Counted from the first letter of the stretch, positions 36,095 through 55,447 are shown. The stretch is DNA of 64,000 nt from Salpingoeca rosetta (GCA_033442325.1 JAWQFM010000009.1:925729-989728), one strand, 5' to 3'. Program-made: numbers and translations. The notes: generated by a model from the letters alone, not told the origin.

Positions 36095-37219
36095 GCCGTG
36101 GTGTCCACACCATCCTGGAGGTGCGGGAAGGGGGGAGGGGAGGAGGCACACCGCCAGTCGCCGCCGCCTGCGTTCGGTTCACTGGCTGACGGAAGTGTGC
36201 TGCACTGTGCTGTGCTGCGTTGCACTGCGGTGTGCTGTGCATGAAAACAGGTGCGACCGCAGGCCAGACGGGCGACCAGCAGCAAGGAGGACAGCAGCAG
36301 CAGCAAGGCCAAACACAAGGCCAACAGCAGCAGCAGCAGCAGCAGCCGCAGCAGCAAATTGAAGGGTCCATTGCTGCCCAGCAGGCTCTCTTACAGCAGC
36401 CGTCCGCGCCCCCAGCTGCACCACAACGTCGGTTGTACTTGCGATGCTGATGTGTGTGTGCTGAGGTGTGTTTGAGTGAGTGTGTGTGTGTGCTGATGTG
36501 TGTTTGAGTGTGTGTGTGTGTGTGTGTGCTGAGGTGTGTTTGAGTGAGTGTGTGTGTGTGCAGGTGTGTGTGTGTGTGTATGTTTGAGTACGTTTGGATC
36601 GCTGGTTCATCCCATCTGTTTTGTGTGACACTTTATGTCGCGCCTGTGCCGTCCTCACCCAAGCACGTGCATGTATTTGGTGTGTGTGTGCGTGAACGGC
36701 TGGCAGTGCATGCGCCGCAGCAGAACATTGACATGGAGGAGAACCTGACGATCCGCGGGTCGCAGCGGTTCATGATTATGCAAAAGCTCCAGCGCGGCGA
36801 CACGGGCGACGAGGTGACAGCACACACCAATTGGTGTGGGGGCAGCAGGGATGCGGTGTGGTGGTGGGGGGGACAGCATTTTCAGCCATGCGCGTACACA
36901 ATACAGCTCACCAGCCCCGCTTACACAACAAGTGCGCACACATGTAACAATGTACATGGTACCGATGTTTGCTCTTCTCCACTCCCTCACCCTCAACGAT
37001 CCCCCCCCCCCCATTCAACACTCTCCCCACATGATGAATGGCGCCAGACGTCGTCGCCCGTGATCCAGCTGTCGAACATGGTGACGGCCAAAGATGTCGA
37101 CGCCACGCTCGAAGATGAAATCCGCATGGAGTGCATCAAACACGGCGTGGTGCGTACACCCAGGAAGAAGGGACAAGGGGGGATGGATGTGTTGGCGTGC
37201 GCGCGTGTGTGCGTGTGGC

Positions 37220-37306
<87 letters not shown>

Positions 37307-38040
37307 ACATCTTGGCCAGTTGGTGTCCATTTACCCTGAGATTACTTCCCTCTGCTTTGCGATTCCAGGTTGACAAAATCCACATTCACGTCGACATCCC
37401 ACCGGCAAGTTTTCAACACAGGATTAAATGCACACACATTTATGCACGCACACACAACCCACACACACACACACACGCACACGCACACACGCACACGCAC
37501 ACACGCAAACATGCACACGCACACGCAAACATGCACACGCACGTGAGCACACACGCACACACACACATGCACACGCACACGCACACATGCACACACGCTA
37601 CTGTTTGCTTCTGTGCCATGTTTGAGGCGTTGTTCAAAAGCAATGTTCTCACACTTATTTCCATTTGTTCTGTTAGAGCCAAGCAAGACCGCACCCTGAT
37701 TCGCTGGCGAAGATCTTTGTCAAGTTTACCACTCCGCAATGTACGCAACGATGCTTTTTGCTTGTTTATCTGCTGCATGCGCCGCAACCACTTTTGTCTT
37801 ATCTCTCCCCATTTCTTTGACTCACACATGCACACACACACACACACACACATGCACATGCACACGAACGTCTTCGCAGCTGCGGGCGCCGCGATTGATG
37901 CGCTGAATGGGCGCTACTTTGACGGGCGCGTGGTGGCTGCAGAGCGGGTTTCGGAGAAGACATTACAGCAGTTCCTTGGCGAAGAGGACAACAGCACCAA
38001 CAACAAGGCCGCCACCGCTGCCCCACCTCCCTCAGGCTGA
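32853..38040 (+). CDS. PUF60: Poly(U)-binding splicing factor PUF60/Half pint (RRM1-RRM2-UHM); first exon not found
   Basis: [48 protein letters not shown]; [25 protein letters not shown]; [14 protein letters not shown]; [17 protein letters not shown]; [26 protein letters not shown]; [21 protein letters not shown]. Confidence 0.93.
34423..34763. other. 341-nt compositionally foreign insert inside a (GT)n run of the PUF60 intron 34307-34985 (possible ncRNA, mobile element or foreign DNA)
   Basis: High-complexity, TpA-rich block between GT tracts, flanked by TTGT on both sides, with several hairpins. Its identity is unknown. Confidence 0.55.
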
Positions 38041-38083
38041 ACACCTGTGTGTGCGTGTGTTGTGTGCGTGTGTTGTGTGCATG

Positions 38084-38189
<106 letters not shown>

Positions 38190-38362
38190 GTGTGTTGTGT
38201 GTGTGTGTCGTGTGTGTTGTGCACTCTCCTTGCCATTATTTCGCCATGAAATCATTCTCGAATAAAACAAAACTACAAGCAAAAGCACACACCAACCAAC
38301 AACACGTGCACCGTCCATTTCCACCACCACCAACACATCCAGCACCACCCACAGCACCGAAG

Positions 38363-40315
38363 ATGATGCCTCGTTCGCGGTGGCTGAGCCACTCGCCAAG
38401 CAGTGGGTTCACAGGCACGGCCAGTGGCATTGGAGGGGCCAGCCCCGACGATGTGGCTGCGTCCATCGCCAACGCCATGAACCCCCTGCTCCCAGGCATC
38501 GACACCGCAGGCACCCCGGCGTCCTCCAGCCTCAGTCTGCGGTCGGCGGAGAGTGCGCAGCGCGGCTCACAGGGCGGCCGCTTCGGCATGGGCAGCGAGG
38601 CAAGAAAGCACAAGCACCGCGACATCTTCACCTTTGACCACGAAACTGTCGTTCGCGCCACATGGGAGTTTGTCCTCCACGAACGGTACGTGCCAGTGAT
38701 GGTGTGCATGTGTGTGCATGTGTGTGTGTGCTGGTGTGTGTGTGTGTGCGTCTCTCTGTCTCCCTGTGTCTATGCATCTGCATGTGTGTGTCTACGTTTC
38801 TCTGTGTCTATGCACCTGCATGTGTGTGTCTGTCACAAGACCACATTGCAGCAGCCCGCAAGTCGACACGCTCCTTGGTCTCTGTCGATTGCCGAAACTT
38901 GTGACTCTGTTGACCTTGGCTCACCATCTTTGCCCATGTGTTGTTGTTCTGCAGTGCTGCTGGTGCTGTGGATCTGTTCAACATGCACAGATTTGTGTGT
39001 GACGGCCTGCAAACGCTGCAGTTGTGAGTACCCTGCTACTTGTCGAAGGCTCCTTCTGTTACATGTGCGTGTGTGGCGAGGCCATATGCATGTGTCGAAG
39101 GATTTGTTGCTCGTGCCTGTGCCTGTCGAAGGGTATGTGTGTTGCTCGTACCCATGTCTGTACACGGCTGCTGGTGTGTCGACTCACGTCGAGCAAACTA
39201 CCAAGCAAGCAAGCGAGCAACATAGCAAGCGAGCAAGATAGCAAGCGAGCAGCACATGAAGGGTGTTCTCATGCGTGTACGCTCTGACATGCCGGTCGAC
39301 AGGGAGAAGCTGACGCGACCCCAGTTGAAGCGCTGGGCACAAGTGTTTGAGCAAGCGGCACTGCGCTTTGGCGACAAGAGCGATCCTGTGCCAGCGCACT
39401 TGGAGACGGCGTGCGACACCTACATGGACCTTGTCGAGAAGCATCCGTGTTTGCGACGCCACTACAACGCTCTTGTCTGTAAGATGTTCCACCTGCAGAG
39501 CATTGCCATGGCTCGCGTGCTGGAGAATCCGGACCTGGCGCCCGTCCTTGTCCCGCCCGCTTTTTGCAAGGTGCGCCGGCCTTGCATCTGATCGCCTGTG
39601 TCGAAGTGGGAAGAGCGGAAGGAGGGTGTTCTTATTCATATGTGTGTGTATGTGTGTTTGCATATGTCTGTCTGTCGACAAGCACCACAACTGCTTTGAT
39701 ATGCCATCAACGGACTACTGACACTCATGCTGATACTGACACTACCCTGTCTGCCACTGTTGTTGCCACTGTTGCTGCATGCGTCTCTACCTTGCATCCA
39801 ATGTACACAGCTGGTTTACGAACGGTTTCTGCTCCACATGGATCCCGTCGCTGCAGAGCTCGTCTACACCATCTGCCGATACCCAGAGGTAGTCTGTGCG
39901 CACATACACACAAAACACAAACACACACATACACACACACACACACACAAACATACACACACACACACACAAACATACACACGCGCACACACACACACTT
40001 GCCATCGCCTGTGTTGCTTTGATTGCTCGTGTGGGCTTGCACCACTTTGCACCTGGCACCTTGCACCTTGCAACTTGCACCTGCAGCAACCCATGACTGA
40101 TGCTGCTCACTGAACGCGTGTTGGTTCTGTTGTGCTATGTGCCAGTATCGGCCCAACGGTGGAATGCCGTATCAGGTTGCGCTTTCGCGATTTCTTGACG
40201 GCCGCACGCTCCCTGCGCACGACGCGTACCGCGTTGCTGCCGGATTCGTCGCCGTTCTCCCCTTTATCCTCTACGACCACTGCTGTGAGTGGCGCGGCGG
40301 CATCTGCTGCTGCTG

Positions 40316-40359
<44 letters not shown>

Positions 40360-40385
40360 GTGTGTGCGTGTGTGCGTGTGTGTGC

Positions 40386-40456
<71 letters not shown>

Positions 40457-43400
40457 ACAGTGAGTGGTGCTGCCACATGAGTGTGTAATGTAATGTAAAT
40501 TGCGGCAACAAGCTAATCATATTCTCCCCTGCCCTTCTTCACCCACAACACCTACCGCAATTGCACCAACTCACGCCAATGACATCAAATGACACGAAAC
40601 AAAACACAATAATGACGCGTTGTGCCTTCCAGCCAAGAACAAGGCGCAGTTTGAGCAGACCCACCGCAATCTGGTGCGGCGGGCGAGGGAGCTGAAGGGC
40701 GCCTACACCCACGCCATGGCCACCGCCCGCCACGCCTCCAAGGAACTCCGGGCCGTCGGTCAGCACGTGCTCCTGCTGCGCACCTGCCTCTACGTCGCCG
40801 ATCCACACGCCTTTCTCGACGTGGACCCGACCTGGGACCTGCCGGCATGCAGACCCCTGCCCCACGAGGAGTTTCTCACCCCAATGTACGCACACCACCG
40901 CCTCCGCTGTTGCTCTGTACTTCTTTGCGGCATATGCACTTGTGGTCTTCTGTGTCACTGCAGCCTCATCTCGCTCCTGGCGCTGTATGGGCCCTGTGGT
41001 TCTCAACATGACTCACACATATGGACATGGCCATGGCCCCACTTGCTGCCTGCATGTGTATGTGTGTGCGTGTGTATGTATGTGCGTTTGCGTCTTGTGT
41101 GTCGGCGGTACACCTCAACCTCTCTCCCCACTGCCCCACTCCCACCCCCATTTGCTCTGTCCCTGCTACAGCACTGCCGATATCGGGGATGTGGTGACGA
41201 CGGACGTGTTCCACGAGCGGTTCCTTGATTTGACCGGTGGATTCCACGTGTCAACGCCAGAGCATCTCAGGGCAAAGGCGGTGCAGCCGCGCTCGCAAGG
41301 CAGCTCGCACATCCATGATCTCATCACAGACAGCCTTCTTGACCTCGCGGTATTCACACACACACACACACAATCCTGCGTTATCGTATATGCACTTGTG
41401 TTGGCGGGTGAAGAGGGGAAGTCAACCAGGCTGTCGCTGCACATTGAGCAAGCACTGTGTTTGTGTACTTGTTGATCTCGTTCGAAACATTCACCGACAC
41501 ACATACGCATGTACGCGCGCACACACGCACACACGCACACATTTACGCACGCACGCGTTGAAATGGCTGCAGGCGTTTGGGACGGACGATCCATACTCCA
41601 CAGATGACGATGGCGACGAGGATGGTGATGACGATGCCGATGACGATGACAAGTTTGGTAGTGGCGATGAAGGTAGTGGCAACCGTGGCGAGAACAATGA
41701 CAACACGGACCATACGGATGGGGATGAGGTGACGATTGACGGGATCAGCCCGGCAATGATGCGTCAGATTCCGCCCGAGCAACAGCGGCGGCTGAAGATG
41801 TTTCTTGAGGCGGGGGACAGCAACACCACGGACGAGGACGACGGCAGCGTGTACTCGGACTACGACGACGACGACCTGTACTGGGAGGAGTGCATTCGCA
41901 GCGGACATGATGATGACGATGACGATGACGATGACGATGTTGCTGCTGATGATGGCGAGGCCCGCGGCGGCGACGGCGTGGGGAAAGTGGGCAGGCATGA
42001 GCTGCTTGACGAGGAGTGGGAGCTGTGGATGGCCGACGCAGCACGCAGGGCCGAGGAGACACGCGTGCAGTACTACGAGCTGATGCTTGCACGTGAGGCG
42101 CGGGTGGCAGAGCAACTGCACGTTGCTGCTCAGCGGTCCCCGCAGCGCGTGCGGCGGGAGCGGCAGTTTAGCGACGAGACAACCAAGGGCACAGACAGCA
42201 ACCCAGACAGTAAGGCAAGCGGCGACGCCGCTAGCCGACGTCGTCGTGGTGGCGGCAGTGGTGGTGATGGTGATGACGGCCGCAACAATGATGACGATGA
42301 TCACAGTGTCCATTACGAGGTGAGCGGTGCTGGGAAGCAGTCGGGAAGCAGCAGCTCATCACCTCGCGCGCCAGCTCGCACGCGCAATCAAACGCGCGCG
42401 ACGCTGAGCCCCGACGACGGCGACGACGGCGACGACGGTGATGATGTTGGTGATGATTGTGATGGCGACGATGCGGACGATGGGTCTGGTGGTGACAATG
42501 ACGGGGATGAGATGGCAAAGCTGAAGGAACGAATGCGCGGTGAGCACGACATTGACCCGGAGAAGTTTGAGCGCTGGTGCGCCCTCATGGCAGACGCGAA
42601 GAAGAAGAACCAGGAGTAAGTCTTTGTACCTTGTTGCAGTCGCGGTTGCGGTTGCTTCTGGGCGAGAATATATGCGTGTGCATGTGTGTATGTGCGAGTG
42701 CATGTGAGTGTGTGAATGTGTGTGTGTGTGCTTGTTTGTGAGTGTGTATGTGAGTGAGTGTGCATGTGAGTGAGAGAGAGTGTGTATGTGCATGAGGTTG
42801 ACACTGTGCTGTGCGGTGTCCGTATGTGTGTTTGCTGCACTGTGCCTAACAAAATGCATGTTTTTTGGCGACAGGCTGAACAACATTGGAACCCAGGCAG
42901 GCATGTCTGTGATGCCATACGTGGTACGTTCACAACTTGTCACAAGCTCACCTGCGTGGCTGTGTTACTGTTGTATCATTTGTGGGGCCCGTGGATGTCA
43001 TAAGCAGCTGCTGCCACTGGTTACTTTGCTATCTCAACAAGAGGCTCGTTTCTCTTATGTTGTCAGCTGCTCACATCGCTGTGCATTGATCGGCCCATTA
43101 GAGCGCCAACTACCATGTTGTTGCGTATGAGGACGAAGAGACGACAGAGCGCTACACGTACACGGGGCCGCTGGTGCCGCAGCTGGAGAAACTGCTGGCC
43201 AAGCTCTCTCCGCACGACCTCGTCACCGCCGCAGAGGTGCTGCCCGTGCCATGTGCTGGCGCTGTGCAGTGCGCAATTGTTTGCTTGTATGCGTGTGTGC
43301 ATGTCAAAGGGGTGTGTGGAGACGCATGCACACGATGCTTTTCGTTTGCTTTGTACTTCTCACTCTCACGCCCCGATTCTCATGCACCGGGCATGTCTGC

Positions 43401-44103
43401 GTGTGATAGCGGGCGCGGCAGTATGCGGCGATTGTTGAGGACGGCATTGCGGTTCTGTCTCTCATCTGCACCAACCTCGAGCTCATCGCCGACGATAAGG
43501 TGCGGTCGTCGTGGACGTACGTCCGTGGTGCTCGTACTGTGTGCGCTCACCTCTGTGTGTGAAGGTGTGGTGGGTGTGGACGTGTCATGTACCCTTGATC
43601 AACCCTCAACCTTGCCTCTGTTGACATTATGATGGCTGCGTGCTCAACATCAGCGCGTCGCCATGGAGACAATGACCGAAGTCATGTGCCGCCTCGAGCG
43701 ACAGCTGCTCACAGTCAGTACATACACACGCGCACATAGACGTATACACGTGCATCTGCAACTACGTTTGCTCTGCCAGCATCGTGCTTGACACTTGCGC
43801 GTGCGCGATCTTGTTGCCAATGCTCGAGTGCTGTGTGCGAGTGCTTTTGTGTGCATGTGTGTACCTCACCACGCTCGCCCGTTGTGTATGCTGTCTGGTG
43901 GCTTGCCTGCAGGACACGAAACTGTTCCACGAGATTCCGCCGTCAGAAATTGATTCGCAGCCACCGCTGAGCTTCAACCCAAAGTTCAGCAACATTCGCA
44001 CAGAGCGCCGGCACATCAACGCCACCAAACTCTGTCTCGAGTCCATTGCCGTCTGCCGCGAAATCACAGAGGTCAGCGCCATTGTGCATGTATGTGTGCA
44101 TGC

Positions 44104-44134
<31 letters not shown>

Positions 44135-44141
44135 TGCGTGC

Positions 44142-44219
<78 letters not shown>

Positions 44220-44546
44220 ACGTGTTTGTCTTTGTGCATGCGCGTGTGTGTGTGTGTGTGTGTGGAGAGTAACAGTGTGTNNNNNNNNNNNNNNNNNNNN
44301 NNNNNNNNNNNNNNNNNNNNNNNNNNNNNNNNNNNNNNNNNNNNNNNNNNNNNNNNNNNNNNNNNNNNNNNNNNNNNNNNNNNNNNNNNNNNNNNNNNNN
44401 NNNNNNNNNNNNNNNNNNNNNNNNNNNNNNNNNNNNNNNNNNNNNNNNNNNNNNNNNNNNNNNNNNNNNNNNNNNNNNNNNNNNNNNNNNNNNNNNNNNN
44501 NNNNNNNNNNNNNNNNNNNNNNNNNNNNNNNNNNNNNNNNNNNCGC

Positions 44547-44579
<33 letters not shown>

Positions 44580-44861
44580 TGTGTGTGTGTGTGTGTGCGT
44601 GCTTCTTTGAATGCAAAGAAGGAGAAGAAGCTACCTCACTCACTCACCTGGCCGCTCGACTCTCCACCCCAACTACCAACGCACACACACACACACACAC
44701 ACCAGCGCCTGATTGCGCATGCGAATGAGGCGCTTGAGCCGCTGCGTGCACGCATGGACGTTGCCCGCCGGGAGATGCTCAAGGTGTACGATGGCAAGAT
44801 TGACCGCAGCCGACAAGTGCGCCAGGTCTACCCGATGCGAGCATACCACCACCTCAACTAG
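38363..44861 (+). CDS. Large multi-exon uncharacterised protein with a central acidic low-complexity exon (about 41573-42615)
   Basis: A chain of GC-rich exons with canonical splice sites: MMPRSRW...FVLHER; [11 protein letters not shown]...AFCK; [12 protein letters not shown]...; [13 protein letters not shown]...; [10 protein letters not shown]...; [10 protein letters not shown]...; [11 protein letters not shown]...YHHLN*. No family recognised. It spans the N gap. Confidence 0.65.
44281..44543. other. Assembly gap (N run) inside a (GT)n intron
   Basis: 263 N bases flanked by GT repeats. Confidence 0.99.
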
Positions 44862-45452
44862 CTTTGTCTTTCCCCTCTCTCGGTTGTGCTCCACGGACCA
44901 GTGTATGTGTGTGCGTGTGTTTGTGTCGATGTGTGTGTGTGTCTGTGTCTGTGTGTCTGTGTGTCTGTGTGTCTGTGTCTGTGTGTCTGTGTGTCTGGGT
45001 CTGTCTGTGTCTATCTGGGTCTGTCTGTGTCTGTCTGTGTCTGTGTGTGTAACGGTTTGTCAGAGGCTTGGCCGCGTATTCCAAGTGCTGGGCATCAAAG
45101 TGTTTTAAGTGACGAGTAACCTTGCATGGATTGTATCCCTCTTTTTGCCAGTGCCCTCATGAAGGCATTGCCAACATGATGTGGTCACTTTGCATTCGTC
45201 TTCGTGTTTTCGTCATATTTGCCCTGTGTATGTGTGTTTGCCGCTACTGCAGCTTGTTTATTGGCTGGTTCACGCAGGGGCGATAGTAACAGCTGTAGCG
45301 CTAACTTACTTGCTCTCCTTCCATCAATCATACCAATGCTCTTCACATTATCGTCACCGTGATCTCACACGCGCCAATCGTCGCTCTCTTCAAGTAAAAA
45401 CCGATGCACGTTTACATGCACGCTGCCACTGAGCTTTGCATATCACATCACA

Positions 45453-45517
45453 TTACTGCTCCCGTTGGCCGTCAAGTGAGACTGCAATCTGCTGATGCGG
45501 CGACACCTTCATAAATG

Positions 45518-45605
<88 letters not shown>

Positions 45606-45841
45606 TGGAGTGAGGGTGGTCGAGGTGCCTGTAAATGGGAGCGATGGACTGAGACGACTCGAGTTCGGCAATGTGCAACCATGTACCTCTGGCTCTGCGT
45701 GGTGTGTTGCGTATCCAAAGACAAGCCCGGCATGCTGTTGCGACACATCGATGGTCGCGCGTGTCAATTGCACCTCACCAGCATCCCTGAGAGAGAAGAG
45801 AGAGTGTGTGTGCGTGTGTGTATGCGTGCGTGTATGTGTAT

Positions 45842-45891
<50 letters not shown>

Positions 45892-47867
45892 TGAGACGAT
45901 CAAACAAAGCAGCAACAAAACACAATACATGCTGAGCAACACTGTGCCGTGCGTGTGAGCAGAGCGTGATGCTTCGTGTGCCTGCCCACCTGTGTTTGGT
46001 TCCGGTCAGTGTAAGGGAGAGGGCTGCGAATGCTGTGGAAGGGAACCTTTGACGAAACTTCGCCACGGCGTCGCGTGTGCACCCCCTCGCCAGCATCGTG
46101 GACAGCACGTCCTCCCCCGTGCCTGATGACCGAGAGAGAGAGCGAGAGAGAGAGAGAGAGCGAGAGAGAGAGAGAGACAGAGAGAGAGAAAGCGTGTGTG
46201 CGTGTGTGCGCGTGCGTGTGTGTGAGTTAATGTGCGAGTGTGTTGCGTGTTTGTCTGTCCACCTGTGTGCCTTGTTGTGTATCCAGTGGAGCCTTTGACA
46301 CCATCCATGTGTTGCGTCGTGTCCAACCTGTTGTGATGGTTGCTGATTGCGTAATGGTCCCGTCCTCGTGGTTCTGTGGATCAACCCAAACGCTGAACGG
46401 AACCAGTACACACGACGTCAACAGTCAACATACAGCGGACATTATCGCCGACACCCTCCCCCGCACACGCACACACACACACACGCGCACGCATGCACAC
46501 ACACGCACGCATGCACATGCTCTGACCCTGCTCCTGGCACGCCTGCCAGACCAACACGCCCGTCGTCCTTGAGGATGTGGCCGCCGCTCGACACAACTGC
46601 ACACACACACGCATGGTAACAGAGATGATGAAGAAGATGATGACGATGTGAATGTGTGTGAACAAAGGCAATTTCGTTGCATGGTTCATGTGTGTGTGTG
46701 TACGCGCTTTTGTGAATGCGCTCACTTGCAATAATGGCACCGCTTGTGTGCACGGCGACGAGTCCAACGGTGTCGCGCACCGAATCCTGATCATCACCAT
46801 CACACGTGCTGGTGCTGGTAGTGGTGGCGTCTGTCTTTGCGCGCTTTGTCAAGTTCTCTGCTTGCTGTAACACGGCCTTCCACTTGCGGCACGCAGCGAG
46901 CCGTCGCCCTGCAGTCAGAGTTAATGTGTACGTGTACGTGCGTGCGTGCGTGAGTGAGCGTGTGTGTGTGTGTGCATGTGTATGTGTGTGTGTGTGTGTG
47001 CGTGTGTATGTGTGAGTGTATGTGCGTGTGCGTGTGTATGTGTGAGTGTATGTGAGAGTGAGAGAGAGTGTGTGTGTGTGTGTGCATGTGGATGTGCAAA
47101 TGGGGAACACGACAAGCCACATGCGCGCCATTGTTGTTGCAGCACATGGTGTGCACACACGAGCAGCGCGCGCACTGCACCTGTGAGGAGGTACGATTGC
47201 GCATGCGCATCGCCGAGGCCGCAGCGGTGGGCGAAGCGGTCTGCGCCGGCACCAGTCAGTATTCTGTTTGCAGAGATGCATAGGACGGAGCATATTAAAG
47301 GGAGGGGGGACAGAGACAGGAGACACATGTGGAGGAAGAGAAAGGGGTGACTGCTGGGTTCACGTCACACGCACATCCTCACTCACAGCACACATACAAC
47401 GAAACACACGGCGTCTTGATGCACCTTGGGGGACGGCGCCCTAGCAAGCGTTCATGCTGTGCCTCGCGGAGTATAGCCATGGCCAAGCGACACGGGTTGC
47501 GACACTCTGACATGGGATGGGAGAACGGTGGGTCGAACTCAACTACAGGTGTGCTATGGGGTAATGTCGCGACCTCAACACACACACACACACACATCAC
47601 ACACACATGCACACATACGCATCACACATACACACACGATACCTGTGACGCAGGTGACGCAGCCAAGCTCTTGTGTGTCTGTCATGACGCATGACTCAAG
47701 CTCAATGCGTTCGGATACGGTTGGATTGCTGCCGCGGCCAGCACTCGTTGTCGGGTTGTCCTGCCACAATCATGGATGGATACCAAAAGACACCAGCCCG
47801 GTGGTACAGGGCGTGTGGATGGGTGACAAGAAAAACAAGGCGCGCGTGCACTACTGCAACGCGGTAA

Positions 47868-47922
<55 letters not shown>

Positions 47923-48133
47923 CAGGTACCTCGAGCATGGCTGCTGTGTCCACAGCGAGTTGGTAGAACCGGTCTTTGAAGTGAGCATGCGGTGGTGCAT
48001 ATGGCGAGGATTCCAACTTGAGCATGCCTTGTCTGAAGTGATCGAGCGCTGTTGTGCACAGGCCTTGCATTGACACGCCATATGCCTTTGAATAGTCTCC
48101 ACACCCGGTGTGGCAAAGTAGTAGCCACCCCAT
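45453..48133 (-). CDS. TASP1: Taspase-1 / threonine aspartase (Ntn-hydrolase, asparaginase-2 family)
   Basis: MGWLLLCHTGCG, DNPTTSAGRGSN, CRNPCRLA...LLGRRPP.ILTGAGA, autocleavage site RD|TVG, VSSGGHILKDDGRVG, TTGTGEDVLSTMLARGC, and a last exon TFMKVSPHQQIAVSLDGQREQ*. Confidence 0.85.
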
Positions 48134-48369
48134 GGCTTGTGCACGCACGGTGTGGTAACAATTGGGTGCGGGTGTGTCCGCGCTGGTGTTGGAGGTTGGG
48201 CTGGGGTCAGAGCTTGGGTGTGGACGTGTGTGTGGCTGCGAGAAGGCGCGTAGAAAGGCGCGTAGAAAGTAGGTTGAACGAAGGTGCAAGAGGAGCTTCG
48301 TGCAGGGGTTCAGTGGGCTGAGAGGGTCGAAGATGTGTGGCAACAGCCCCTTGCTTACTGCGTCGATGA

Positions 48370-48823
48370 CTACTGCTGTTGCTGCTGTTGCTGCTGTTGC
48401 TGCTGTTGTGCTTGCTGTTGTTGTAACGTTGCGAGCTGTGCCTCCAACGCAGCTTTGCTCGGCACGTGCAGAGTCTGCAGCCGCTCTCGGCACGCCTCAA
48501 TATGCTCCTCCAACGCCTTCTTCTGCACATGCATGTGTGTCACGGCAATGGCGGTTAGCGTCAGGCACCATCGCAACGACAGACACGACGCACACATGAT
48601 CGAACAGGACATGCACACCATTGAACACACATACACACGATTGAACAGGGCATGCACACACACACACATGCGCGCACACACACGCGCCACCCAACGTGAT
48701 AGGGCTCGCTGGTTCGGTGCTTACGGCTTGTTCGACGTCGCGCTGGGACCCGTACTGCAGAGCACTGAACACGGCGTGGACGGAGGGCATCAACTCAAAC
48801 GTATCCGACACTCGCTCATCCAT
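48370..48823 (-). CDS. Small coiled-coil protein, possible Mediator subunit MED9-like (exons 48823-48725, 48522-48370)
   Basis: MDERVSDTFELMPSVHAVFSALQYGSQRDVEQA|KKALEEHIEACRERLQTLHVPSKAALEAQLATLQQQ...*. The L/MP.VH.I/V helix followed by a coiled coil resembles Med9, but similarity is weak. Confidence 0.5.
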
Positions 48824-48918
48824 TGCAGTGTGCTTGTTGTGTGCTGTTGGTTGGTGTGGCTGGTATCCGTTGAGGGCGACAGTCAAACGCGCGCAAAGTG
48901 GTGTGAATGACGCAACGA

Positions 48919-49012
<94 letters not shown>

Positions 49013-49453
49013 GTCTGCTTGTTGCTCGTTCACTTCATATACGCTTGCTTCTTGCAATGGACGAAAAGCAAAAGGAGGAGTGCAAGAAGACCAGGAGGAT
49101 ATGAAAGAAAGAAAGAAAGAAAGCAGAAACACAGGCAGCTACTAGGAGCACGGGTTCGTTCATAGTCACATGACATGGCACGCGAACAGCTTCAGCAGTG
49201 AAACGGGATGAGGGTGCTCTGTCACATACACTTACATTAGTCACACGCACACACACACACACATGCACACATGCACCTACGTTGCACTCTGACCAATCCT
49301 TCACCTCACACATTCAAGCACACACACAATCTCCACTCTTCTCCCTCACCCCGCACGTCTCACACACGTCTTACACACGTCTTACACACGTCTTACACAC
49401 GCCTCACCACGCACGCTATATCTCTCCTTCTCCTGCGTAATCAATCGAACACA

Positions 49454-52599
<3,146 letters not shown>

Positions 52600-52867
52600 T
52601 GTGCCGTGTTTGTTCCTTGTGTTCGCTCAACCAAATAGTGGCGCACAACCAGTTACAAGTAATGGCTCAACCAACCAGCCACCCAGCCACCCAGCGCTCG
52701 GCCCTTTCACTCCCACTCCACTCGTGTGTGGGCTGTGACAGGTCGAAGCAGCAGTCGTCGTTGTTGTGTGCTGTTGACTGTTTGCGTGTTTGTTGTTGTC
52801 GCGGTCTCTCAACGAATAATGTCACGCAACGAATTAATTGGTTTGCGTGTTGTGTGTGTGTGCGTGC

Positions 52868-53034
<167 letters not shown>

Positions 53035-53238
53035 GTCGCTGCCCTATCTCACCTCTCCCTCACGTCACACAGACGAGCTGTTTTGGTGAGCATGTACTAT
53101 TGCTTGGGGGGGGGGGGTGTCAAAGGCGCCACTTGGAAACGTTGGTAGCCACACAAACAAAGAGAGCAAAAACCAAAGCACACAACAGCAAGCCACAATA
53201 CCTGCTACTACTGGCGCTTCACACACAAACACGCAGGC

Positions 53239-54948
<1,710 letters not shown>

Positions 54949-55065
54949 CCTCAAGCAAAGGGTGAGTCATATGGAGGTGCGACACACGACATACAGAAAT
55001 GTTCAGATAGCACCGTCATTCATTCCTGACCAGACACCAGCAACGCCACAACAACAGGGAGGACG

Positions 55066-55447
55066 ATGACGGACGCGCCGAGGACTGCTGCTGCACCACC
55101 ACCGCCAACAACAACAAGGGTGACGACGACGACGACGACGGGGACAGCACCGCCACCGACGTCCTTGGCTTCCACGGTGGCAGGCTTGAAGTTGGACGCC
55201 CTTACACAAGCAGACCGAGACAACCTCAGGTTGTGGGCATGTGTGTGTGTGTGTGCGCGTAAATGTGTGTGCGTGTAAATGTGAATGTGTGTGCCAACTC
55301 AACTCTACCTGGGTTGTGATACCTTCTCACATGTGTCAACAACGCTTCTTTGCAGAGGATGGAATGATTTGCCAACAGCAATGACGAAAAGTGCAACCTC
55401 CGGTGGTACAGGCCTCCGAACAAAGCACCGACACGTCGGTGCACCAG
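55066..55447 (+). CDS. 5' fragment of an SRA1 (SRAP)-like gene (exons 55066-55229, 55356-55447); 3' exons absent
   Basis: Spliced MTDAPRT...ADRDNLRGWNDLPTAMTKS...RTKHRHVGAP resembles the SRA1/Sec31 RGWNDPP motif followed by KRVAAP. No downstream exon is seen before the (CA)n(CT)n run. Confidence 0.5.

Noticed and set aside
45050-45452. Repeat-free, relatively AT-rich block
   Set aside because: Explained as convergent 3' UTRs; there is an AATAAA on the minus strand near 45257 after the TASP1 stop.
47770-47870. Plus-strand exon-like stretch ending G|GTAAGC
   Set aside because: It lies within a minus-strand TASP1 intron and has no partner exons; likely chance.
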